Assembly: GCA_002405515.1 (NCBI GenBank)
Contig: DHLZ01000040.1
Coordinates: 1-38,893, forward strand
Length of the DNA stretch: 38,893 nucleotides
Reading direction: 5' to 3'
Source: Planctomycetaceae bacterium UBA4655
GTDB taxonomy: Bacteria > Planctomycetota > Planctomycetia > Pirellulales > UBA1268
In this document: positions 26,633-34,515 of the stretch, in pieces
Position numbering within the stretch: the first letter of the stretch is position 1
How the letters are laid out: every line of letters begins with the position of its first letter
The notes under the pieces: generated by a model
What the model saw: the letters and a program-made list of their open reading frames with translations, nothing else
The model's database searches: none
Told to the model about the DNA's origin: nothing
Made by a program: the position numbers and the translations under genes

Positions 26633-27655
26633 CTACCGCAAAGCGCTTTGTCGAATAAATGGCCCCGCAAGCCCCCACAGAAACATCACTCCGTAAGCAA
26701 CATGAGAACACAAGATCGTGGCGACCGCCATAACGACCAGCAAAGGATCGCGGGTCAGCCGCAGCACGTCGATCGCGGCCCATGAGAAATAGATGAGCAT
26801 CAGGGCCGCATAGACCCGCCAAAACACCGGGGCAACGAATCCCATGCCGAGCAAAAAAACGCTCCCGAGGACGAACAGGCTGGGTACGAAATAGGTCGCC
26901 CGCAACGAGGTTTGCGGCAGGATCCGCGCGAAGTACCCGCGGTGTCGACCGTAATTGCCGACCTGCTTCAGGTGCGGCCCCAAGACTCGGCGGCGGTGGT
27001 GGTAGACCACGACATCGGGCGCGTACCAGATCTGATGTCCGGCCTTTTTAAGGTCGAGACAAAATTTTGTGTCTTCACCCGGCCAGAAACTGTTGTCGAA
27101 GCCGCCCACCGCGTCGAAGGCCGACTTTTCGACCAGCAGGTTGACGGTCGGAAAGTCATCCACCCAAAAGCCCTTGGGGGCAGACCGATAGCGATACGCC
27201 ATGCCGCCTCCCCCGATCGTCGTTTCGAAAAAGATGGCCGAAGCCATCTCGGCCCGGGAACTGCGCGGCGGCGTGACCCCCGGCCCGCCCACGGCCACGG
27301 CCCCCGAATCGCGAAATGCGTCGTCGGCCCTGCGCAGCCAGTCTTCGCGCGGGAATGCGTCGTCGTCGAGGAATGCGAGCCGGTCGTACTGCGCCCGCTG
27401 CGCTCCAAGGTCGCGCTTGACCGCCGGACTGACCCTGCCGCTGGGAATGATGGTAATCCTCGGGTCTCGGAAGACGTCCGGGAGCGGCGCTGAGGGCGAC
27501 TCGTTTGGCAGAATGATCACCTCGAAATTCGGGTAGTTTAAGCCGAGGATCCGCGGTACCGACTCGCGGAGGTATTCGTTGATTTGCTTGACCGGAATGA
27601 CGATCGTGTAACCCACGCCAACACGTTCTCCGCGACGATTACCCAGGGTTGCCAT
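26633..27655 (-). CDS. GT2 glycosyltransferase with C-terminal membrane helices
   Basis: YTIVIPV, YPNFEVII, AFLDDDA, VGGFD, GEDT and VVYHHRR motifs. Alternative start is GTG at 27616. Confidence 0.88.
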   Translation of the reverse strand: MATLGNRRGERVGVGYTIVIPVKQINEYLRESVPRILGLNYPNFEVIILPNESPSAPLPDVFRDPRITIIPSGRVSPAVKRDLGAQRAQYDRLAFLDDDAFPREDWLRRADDAFRDSGAVAVGGPGVTPPRSSRAEMASAIFFETTIGGGGMAYRYRSAPKGFWVDDFPTVNLLVEKSAFDAVGGFDNSFWPGEDTKFCLDLKKAGHQIWYAPDVVVYHHRRRVLGPHLKQVGNYGRHRGYFARILPQTSLRATYFVPSLFVLGSVFLLGMGFVAPVFWRVYAALMLIYFSWAAIDVLRLTRDPLLVVMAVATILCSHVAYGVMFLWGLAGPFIRQSALR

Positions 27656-27732
27656 CGGGGGCCCGCTTCGCGTCCAGCCCACTTCGGTTGGGTGGAATCC
27701 TTCGATAAACTACTTTTTCACCGCATTTTTTT

Positions 27733-29610
27733 GTGAGGCTCTTCGTGATTCAGGCGACGCAACATATTCGCCGCATCGACCGCATCGTGCTGCTTCTGCT
27801 CCTGGGCATCACGATTGCCTCATGGTGTTTTGCCCACGGGAAATGGTCTGCACCGACCTGGGGGCTGCCGACAGTCTACCTGGAGCCGGTCTACGGCGAC
27901 TTCCTCGGCACGTGCTCCATCATCAAGTCTGGCGTAGAGGGCGGCTACCCTGCCTTCCTCTGGAAAACGACCGCGGATCTTGGTGCACCCGGAGCGGCGA
28001 ATCACAATACTCAACCGTTGCCGGACGAGGTTCTCGTCGGCTTCGTTGGCCTGCTCGCGAAGATCTGGGGTTTGTTTCCCGGCTTCAACCTCGGCGTGCT
28101 CGTGGGCCATCTCGCGGCCGTCGCCGCGTTTTATTTCGTTGCCCGCTCGGAACAATGCACGGCCGCTTGGGCGGGAACGGCCGCGCTCGCGTTCGGCCTC
28201 GCGCCGTATCTCTTTGCCGAATCGCCGCACCACATCAACTGCCAGTACGTCTGGCACATTCCGCTCTTTCTCTTGGTCTGGAAGTGGGTGGCGACCGAAC
28301 CGGGCATCCAGTTTGGCTCGCGGCGATTCTGGAACGCGATCGCGATCGGGGTGATCACCGGGCTCCAGAATCCCTACTACACCTTCGTCTTCTGCCAGCT
28401 GACGCTGCTCGGAGCGGCGGTGCTCGCCTGGCGGCAGCGATCGCGGGCGGCCTTGGTCGCCGCCGCCGCGATCGTCGGCGCGTCGGCGCTGGGATTTCTG
28501 CTCAGCAATCTCGACACGATCTCGTATCGCCTGCTTCACGGCAGCGGCGGCCAGCCCATCGTGACGCAGCGAGAATACCGCTGGATGGACATCTACGGTT
28601 TCAAACTCGTCGATCTCTTCATCCCATCGATCACGCATCATTCCGAGGCCCTCGCCCGATTCGGCCTGGCCCACCGCCAGGCATCGGTTCTCAACGACGA
28701 AGAAGGGTGCGCCTACCTCGGAATCGTCGGCATCATGTCGCTCTTCCTGCTGGGCAGTGCCGCCGTGCGGGCGCTGATCGACGGCGACCGCAAGAACGTG
28801 CCGCTGGCCGCCTGGCAGGTGCTCTGGATTGTGTTGTTTTTCAACACCGGCGGCATCAACTCGATCCTCGCGGCATTCACCGGTATTACGCTCTTTCGCA
28901 CGGCCTGCCGTTACAGCATCGTGATCCTGGCGATCGTGCTGCTCTATGCCGCGCAGCGGCTCTCGGCATGGCAAGCGGACTCCAAATGGCAAGCGGACTC
29001 CAAGGAACGTCTGCCCGCCAACCTGCTCGAGATCCTCAAGCTCGCACCGCTTGCCTGCCTTGTCGTGCTCATTCTCTGGGATCAGGTGCCCCGCTCACCG
29101 ACCGCCGAGCAACAGGCCACGATCGCCCGGCAAGTGGAGGCCGACCGCGAGTTTGTCGTCTCGCTGGAAGCCGCGTTGCCGCCTCGCAACGGCACGAAAG
29201 CGATGATTTTCCAACTCCCGGTGATGGATGGTTCGCCGGCTGCTGGCGTCTCCGCGTCCGACCATTTCCGACCATACCTTTACAGCAAGCAACTGCACTT
29301 TTCACACGGTGCAGCGCCCGGAAGCGAAACGCTGCAGTGGCAGCAGGCGGTGCAGCAGCAACTGGTCGATGGAGCCGCGGTGGACCAGCAGGCGAGGAAA
29401 ATCCAATTCAATCTCGGTAACGCCCGAAAAGCGATCGACGAAATGCGGCGCGTGGGCTTCTCCGCGATCTACTTGAACCGCAACGGCTTCCCCGACCGCG
29501 GCAAGGGGCTCGAGGAGGCCCTGGTCGACCTCGGCTACACGAAGCCGCCAATCCGGAATGCGACCGGCGATCTGGCGTGCATCGTGCTCGAGAAGGATGG
29601 GGCCCGCTAA
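27733..29610 (+). CDS. Polytopic membrane protein, probable GT-C fold glycosyltransferase
   Basis: 625 aa with an acidic first loop (YGD), about 10-12 hydrophobic segments, YYTFVF, AYLGIVG and FRTACRY, and a soluble C-terminal domain. Adjacent to lipid-sugar synthases. Confidence 0.65.
   Translation: MRLFVIQATQHIRRIDRIVLLLLLGITIASWCFAHGKWSAPTWGLPTVYLEPVYGDFLGTCSIIKSGVEGGYPAFLWKTTADLGAPGAANHNTQPLPDEVLVGFVGLLAKIWGLFPGFNLGVLVGHLAAVAAFYFVARSEQCTAAWAGTAALAFGLAPYLFAESPHHINCQYVWHIPLFLLVWKWVATEPGIQFGSRRFWNAIAIGVITGLQNPYYTFVFCQLTLLGAAVLAWRQRSRAALVAAAAIVGASALGFLLSNLDTISYRLLHGSGGQPIVTQREYRWMDIYGFKLVDLFIPSITHHSEALARFGLAHRQASVLNDEEGCAYLGIVGIMSLFLLGSAAVRALIDGDRKNVPLAAWQVLWIVLFFNTGGINSILAAFTGITLFRTACRYSIVILAIVLLYAAQRLSAWQADSKWQADSKERLPANLLEILKLAPLACLVVLILWDQVPRSPTAEQQATIARQVEADREFVVSLEAALPPRNGTKAMIFQLPVMDGSPAAGVSASDHFRPYLYSKQLHFSHGAAPGSETLQWQQAVQQQLVDGAAVDQQARKIQFNLGNARKAIDEMRRVGFSAIYLNRNGFPDRGKGLEEALVDLGYTKPPIRNATGDLACIVLEKDGAR
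28968..29003 (+). repeat. In-frame 18-bp tandem duplication (WQADSK twice)
   Basis: ATGGCAAGCGGACTCCAA occurs twice, perfectly. Confidence 0.92.
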
Positions 29611-29612
29611 AA

Positions 29613-31322
29613 ATGGGCTCCCGTCAAAATTCCTCTCGGCTTGCGCCTCGGGCTTCCGGGGAGAAGCAGCCGGCTCGGGCTTCCGGGGGAAAGCAGCCGC
29701 CATGTACTTCCGGGGTGGAGTCGCTGCCGAGTAGTTTGGGCTTCCGGGTAAGAGAAGCAGCCTTGCTCGCCGCGATCACGCTCCTCTTCTTCTCGCCGAC
29801 CCTGTCGGGCGGTTTTGTCTACGACGCGAGGGTGCAGATCGCCACCGATCCGTTTCTGCACGACCCCGCCAATTGGCTCGACGTGCTCTCCTTCCGCGTG
29901 CTCGCCCGAGACGTGCTCGACTTCAACCGGCCGGTGCACCTCGCGTCGCTCATGCTCGACGCGGCCGCATGGGGAAAGCAGCCGTTTGGCTACCGACTCA
30001 CGAGCGTGCTCCTTCACGCCGTGAACGTCGTGCTCGTCTGGGCCGTCGGTCGCAAGCTCTGCGCGGCGGCTGCGCAGGGCGACGGCACGACCCATGCCCC
30101 GGGCGGCCCGCTGCCACGGCTCGCCACCGCGCTCGCCGCCATGCTGCCGCCGCTTGTCTTCGCCGTGCACCCGGTCGTCGTGGAGGCGGTCTGCGAGCCG
30201 ACGTTTCGAGAGGACCTGCTCGTCGCGTTCTTCACGCTCTCGGGGCTGCTGCTCGCGATGGGACACCGGCCCGCGGACGGCAACGACGGCTGGCGGGCGG
30301 CCGGGTGCGTGGCCTGCTCGCTGCTTGCGATCGGAAGCAAGGAGTCGGGGATCGCGGCGCCGGCCGCCATCACGGTCTACTGGCTGCTCTTCCGGCGGGG
30401 CGAACGGGGATGGTTCTGGCCGGTGGCGATCGGCGGTGCGAAGCTCGTCGTCGTGTCGTTCCTCGCGGCGCGATTCCTGCTCGAGCCGTCGCCATCGAAG
30501 ATCTTCGACGCGCGGCCGCAGTATCCGGGGGGCTCGCTCGCGGCCGCGATGCTCATCGAGCCGCGGATCCTCGCGCTCTACGCACAGCTCGTGCTGCTGC
30601 CCGTGAACCTCTGCGCCGAATACGGGCTCCACTCCGTGGGCCACCTGCCGCTGCCCGTGGCCCTCGCCGTCGTCGCGGGAGTGGTCGCGGCGGGCGTCTT
30701 CGCCGTCCGGAAAGACCGCCGCATGGCCATCGCGGCCGCGGTCGTCGTCGTGCCGCTCCTGCCGGTCTTGAACGTCCTGCCGATCTACAAGGCCGCCGCC
30801 GATCGCTACCTCTACCTGCCCGTGGCCGGCGTGGCGCTGGCCGTCGGCCTGCTGCTCGACGGTTCGTGGCTCGCCCGCCGGCCGGCGATCCGGGAACGGC
30901 TGCTCATCGCCGGCGTCGTGGGCGTGGTGCTCCTGGGCATCGGCTGCACGGAACGACAGAAGGTCTGGGCGAACCCGCTCGCCCTCTGGAGCGACACCTT
31001 CCGGAAAAACCCCGCGGCCTTCACCGCCGCCTCCGGCCTGGCCGAGGCCCTGCGTCACGGCGGCAGGCTGCCCGAGGCCGAGCAGGCGGCCCGCCGGGCC
31101 ATCCAGCTCACGAACGGCACGCGGGGCGATGCCTGGGCCACGCTGGCCCTCGTGCTCCATGGCCGTGGCCGGGACGCGGAGGCCTTCGAGGCCCTCGACA
31201 AGGCGGTCGAGATCGACCCCCGGCTGGCCGACCCGGAAGGCCGCGTGAGGGACCTGGCAATGGAACGCCCCTACGCGGACGACCTTGCCGAACTCCTGGC
31301 CCGCCGAAACGCCGCCCGCTAG
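29613..31322 (+). CDS. TMTC-like GT-C membrane protein with C-terminal TPRs
   Basis: GGFVYD, NRPV, FAVHPVVVEAV, SKESG, AADRYLYLP, W-A-N-x3-L-W and TPR-like helices. Start is ATG 29613 or GTG 29715. Confidence 0.82.
   Translation: MGSRQNSSRLAPRASGEKQPARASGGKQPPCTSGVESLPSSLGFRVREAALLAAITLLFFSPTLSGGFVYDARVQIATDPFLHDPANWLDVLSFRVLARDVLDFNRPVHLASLMLDAAAWGKQPFGYRLTSVLLHAVNVVLVWAVGRKLCAAAAQGDGTTHAPGGPLPRLATALAAMLPPLVFAVHPVVVEAVCEPTFREDLLVAFFTLSGLLLAMGHRPADGNDGWRAAGCVACSLLAIGSKESGIAAPAAITVYWLLFRRGERGWFWPVAIGGAKLVVVSFLAARFLLEPSPSKIFDARPQYPGGSLAAAMLIEPRILALYAQLVLLPVNLCAEYGLHSVGHLPLPVALAVVAGVVAAGVFAVRKDRRMAIAAAVVVVPLLPVLNVLPIYKAAADRYLYLPVAGVALAVGLLLDGSWLARRPAIRERLLIAGVVGVVLLGIGCTERQKVWANPLALWSDTFRKNPAAFTAASGLAEALRHGGRLPEAEQAARRAIQLTNGTRGDAWATLALVLHGRGRDAEAFEALDKAVEIDPRLADPEGRVRDLAMERPYADDLAELLARRNAAR
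29632..29762. repeat. REP-like copy followed by degenerate ~27-bp tandem derivatives
   Basis: Full copy at 29632-29659. Units CTCGGGCTTCCGGGGAGAAGCAGCCG at 29647 and 29674, with decayed units at ~29701 and ~29735. Confidence 0.82.
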
Positions 31323-31381
31323 CCGACCGTGGAGCGAGCCGTGTTTCGCCGCCCGCGATCCTCTCGTACACTCTGTCAACC

Positions 31382-33655
31382 ATGGGAACGAGAAAAAACA
31401 CGCTCAAGCCGCGGCGGGAACGCGTTGAGGATCGGCCGGTGGCCGTGACACCGACCCCGGCAGGCCAGGCCGATACCGGCGATCGCGTCGCATGGTGGAG
31501 GGAGTTTCTCTTCAAGGCCTCGCTGATGATTCTTGCGGGGCTTTGGATCTATTCGCCCACGTACCATGGCGACTGGTTGTGGGACGACGACCAGCTGCTC
31601 ACCAACAACCTCACCGTTCAGCACCGCGTCTCCCCCGACCCGCGGGTGCCGGAGAATTCGCTCGCCACGCTTGCCAAGCTCTGGATCAGCCCCGACGGGG
31701 CGGATTACTTCCCCCTCTCCTACTCGGCCCTCTGGGCCCAGTGGCCGTTCTTCCACGTGTTGGTCACGCAGCCCAACGGCCTGGTCGCCAAGGTCGCCTG
31801 GCCGACGGGCTACCACGTCTTCACGATTCTCTGCCACATCCTCGGGGCGGCATGCTTTTGGCGTCTCCTGCACGTCATGAAGCTGCCGGGCGCCTGGCTC
31901 GGTGGCATGCTGTTTCTCATCCATCCGGTCTGTGTCGAGACGGTGGGCTGGGTGTCGGAGGTGAAGAACACGCTGTCGCAGCCGCTGTTTCTCCTGGCGT
32001 GCGCATCCTTCGTGCAGTTCGACGACGCCACCGAGTCGTCGCAGAGAAGGAAGCACTACCTCCGGGCGGTGCTGTTGTTTCTGTTCGCGATGTTCGCGAA
32101 GACCGCGATGGTGATGTTTCCGTTCGTCATCCTGATGTACGGATGGTGGAAGCACGGCTTCCCGGCCGATCGCCGCGGCATCACAGCCCTGCTGTTCGTG
32201 GGCGCGAGCCTCGCCCTTGCCGTCGTGCCCGAGATGTTTTGGCTCGTGGCGATGCGGGGGGGCTGGAGCAGTTGGCCGCTCTACCTGGGCTGCACCGCCG
32301 TCGCCGTGCTCGGCCCGCTGTCGTCGATCGCGCTGGCAGTCATGCTGGCGAAGGAATCGTCGCCGCAGGGCGACGCGGCCTCCACGAGGACGCTCGAACG
32401 GTACGTGCTCTACGCGTTGCCCTTCTTTTGGATCTCGGCCGTGCTCGGCATCGCCACCTGCTATTTCCAGTGGTCGCGTGCGATCGGGCAGGAGGGGATC
32501 CCGGTGGGTGGAATCGCCTCCAGGGTCGCCACGGCCGGCATGGCGACGCTTTTCTACCTCTGGAAGACGGTCTGGCCGTTCAACCTGCTCACCATCTATC
32601 CGCGGTGGGACGTCGATCCGCCCAAGGCGTGGCAGTTTCTGCCCTGGCCCATCATCATCGCCGCCGGATGGTGGCTCTGGAACAACCGCGGCACCGCGGG
32701 GCGGCCGACGTGGCAGCGGCACATGCTGTTCGTGCTCACGTTCTTCGTGCTCATGCTCCTGCCGATCATCGGCATCATCACGATCTCGTACATGCGGATC
32801 ACCTGGGTGGCGGATCACTTCCTCTACCTGCCGATGGTCGGTCTGCTGGGCGCCGCCGCCGCCGGCGTCGCCGCGTGGTATGCGAAGACCAAGCCGAACG
32901 AGCAGCCCTTCGCCCTGGTCGCGGGAGCGGTCGTGCTCGCCGTGCTCGGCTATTCGTCGTTCCGCTACGCCCATGCCTGGGCCAACGAGGAGTCGCTCTG
33001 GCCGCACACCATCGCCGGCCATCCCAGCCCCTGCACCTACCCGCAGTGCGGCTGTTGGCAGGCCCACAACCGGCTCGGGGCCAAGAAGTTCGCCCGCGGA
33101 GACATCGAGTCGGCCCACTTCCACTTCCAGAACTCGACGCGGCTGCGGCCCGACCTCGGCGAGACGCACAACAACCTCGGCACGACGCTTTCGGCGAGGG
33201 CGCAGCGGTTCGCCCAGCAGGGGAACACGGCGGCGGCTGAGCGGGAGATGACGGCGGCGATCGAGCAGTTCGCCGAGGCTGTCCGCGTCACGCCGCAGGT
33301 GCTGATGATCAGGATGAACCTCGCCAACTCCCTGGCCTCCGTGGGCCGCTTCGGTGAGGCCGGCGACCAGTACAAGGAACTGCTCCAGAAGGAGCCGAAC
33401 AACCCGGCGATCCTCAACAACTACGGCGTTGCACTCTACAAGCAGGGGCTCAACGAGGCGGCGATCAAGCAGTTTCGCCGGGCGCTCGAGATCGCCCCCG
33501 ACATGAAGGATGCGAAGGAGAGCCTCGCCGTCGCGCTCGGAGAGAAGCCCGATTCAGCGAAGTCGGCTTCCCCGCCGCCACCTCCGCCCGGCGGACGGCT
33601 CGAGTTGGCGCCGCCGATTTCACCGACGCTCAATGCAGTTCCGGCGATCCCCTGA
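31382..33655 (+). CDS. TMTC-like GT-C (protein O-mannosyltransferase-like) with C-terminal TPRs
   Basis: GDWLWDDD, YFPL, IHPVCVETVGWVSEVKN, AKT, VADHFLYLP, then TPRs (AHNRLG, THNNLG, ILNNYG). ATG 31382 follows a TACACT box; the ORF-track start at 29873 is a spurious extension. Confidence 0.87.
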   Translation: MGTRKNTLKPRRERVEDRPVAVTPTPAGQADTGDRVAWWREFLFKASLMILAGLWIYSPTYHGDWLWDDDQLLTNNLTVQHRVSPDPRVPENSLATLAKLWISPDGADYFPLSYSALWAQWPFFHVLVTQPNGLVAKVAWPTGYHVFTILCHILGAACFWRLLHVMKLPGAWLGGMLFLIHPVCVETVGWVSEVKNTLSQPLFLLACASFVQFDDATESSQRRKHYLRAVLLFLFAMFAKTAMVMFPFVILMYGWWKHGFPADRRGITALLFVGASLALAVVPEMFWLVAMRGGWSSWPLYLGCTAVAVLGPLSSIALAVMLAKESSPQGDAASTRTLERYVLYALPFFWISAVLGIATCYFQWSRAIGQEGIPVGGIASRVATAGMATLFYLWKTVWPFNLLTIYPRWDVDPPKAWQFLPWPIIIAAGWWLWNNRGTAGRPTWQRHMLFVLTFFVLMLLPIIGIITISYMRITWVADHFLYLPMVGLLGAAAAGVAAWYAKTKPNEQPFALVAGAVVLAVLGYSSFRYAHAWANEESLWPHTIAGHPSPCTYPQCGCWQAHNRLGAKKFARGDIESAHFHFQNSTRLRPDLGETHNNLGTTLSARAQRFAQQGNTAAAEREMTAAIEQFAEAVRVTPQVLMIRMNLANSLASVGRFGEAGDQYKELLQKEPNNPAILNNYGVALYKQGLNEAAIKQFRRALEIAPDMKDAKESLAVALGEKPDSAKSASPPPPPPGGRLELAPPISPTLNAVPAIP

Positions 33656-33676
33656 GCAGTTCCGGCGATCCCCTCA
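33635..33676 (+). repeat. 21-bp tandem duplication of the gene 3' end
   Basis: GCAGTTCCGGCGATCCCCTGA followed by GCAGTTCCGGCGATCCCCTCA. Confidence 0.9.
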
Positions 33677-33690
33677 GCCGCAAAGCTGAG
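33673..33690. terminator. Small hairpin between convergent genes
   Basis: CTCAGC-CGCAAA-GCTGAG, with no U-tract. Confidence 0.3.
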
Positions 33691-33747
33691 ACGAGAATCG
33701 ACGTGCCGACGCGTCTTTCCCGTCGCTCCGCCCGAACTCGCAGCCTC

Positions 33748-34506
33748 TCACCGGCCCCACCACGTGCGTCTGGCGATCCGCATGAGTTCACCGATCGAGC
33801 GGCGCGTTTCGGCGAAGTCGGCCTTGCTGCTGCCCCGCGTCCGGTCGGAGAACGTGATCGGAATCTCGAAGATCCGTCCGCCCGCTCGGTGCACCCGCAG
33901 GAGAAAGTCCTCCTGGAAGGCGTAGCCCTCGGCGAAGGGGCGGTCGTCGATCCGGCCGAGCACGTCGAGTCGAATCGCGCGGAACCCGCCCGACGGATCC
34001 CGCACCGGCACGCGGAGCACCCACCGTGTGAAGTACCCGACGAGGCGGCTGGCGACGTGCCGCGAGAGCGGCCAGCCGACCGTGCGGCCGCCGGGAACCC
34101 GCCGCGAACCGATCACGACATCCACGGGGCGGCCGCCCGCCGGGTGCATCGCCGCGAGCAGTCGCGGGATGTCGGCGGGATCGTGGCTGAAGTCGGCGTC
34201 CATGTTGACGCTCACCTCGAAGCCCCGCCGCTTCGCGATCCGGAATCCCTCGAGGATGGCGCCGCCGAGCCCGCGGCGTCCGCGACGGACGAGCACATGG
34301 AGCCGCGGCTCGCGGTCCGCAAGCTCGAGGGCGAACCGGCCCGTGCCATCGGGCGAGTCGTCGTCGATCACGAGGAACTGAATATCGGGCGAAACGGCGA
34401 GCACCGACTCGATGAGCGGGGCGATGTTGTCTCGCTCGTTGTAGGTCGCGGCCTGAACGAGCACGCGTCCGGCAGGCCAGTCGTCGCGGGAATGGAGGTC
34501 GCTCAC
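33748..34506 (-). CDS. Polyprenol monophosphomannose synthase (Ppm1/DPM1-like GT2)
   Basis: TYNERDNI, IDDDSPDGTG, GLGGA, MDADFSHDP, IGSR, GYAFQ and EIPITFSDRTRGSSK motifs. Confidence 0.9.
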   Translation of the reverse strand: MSDLHSRDDWPAGRVLVQAATYNERDNIAPLIESVLAVSPDIQFLVIDDDSPDGTGRFALELADREPRLHVLVRRGRRGLGGAILEGFRIAKRRGFEVSVNMDADFSHDPADIPRLLAAMHPAGGRPVDVVIGSRRVPGGRTVGWPLSRHVASRLVGYFTRWVLRVPVRDPSGGFRAIRLDVLGRIDDRPFAEGYAFQEDFLLRVHRAGGRIFEIPITFSDRTRGSSKADFAETRRSIGELMRIARRTWWGR

Positions 34507-34515
34507 GCCGGAAGT

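Noticed and set aside
27673-27696. UUCG-loop hairpin in the divergent GT2/GT-C intergenic region as an ncRNA
   Set aside because: Short bulged stem only, with no other support.
27726-27732. T7 tract before the GT-C-like gene and A7 tract at 26853-26859 as phase-variation sites
   Set aside because: Too short to support slipped-strand switching, and the reading frames are intact.
29873-31381. N-terminal extension making a 1260-aa TMTC-like protein, or a frameshift fusion of the two paralogs
   Set aside because: The extension is an off-frame reading of the upstream gene. Each paralog has its own complete architecture, and the second has a separate ATG at 31382.
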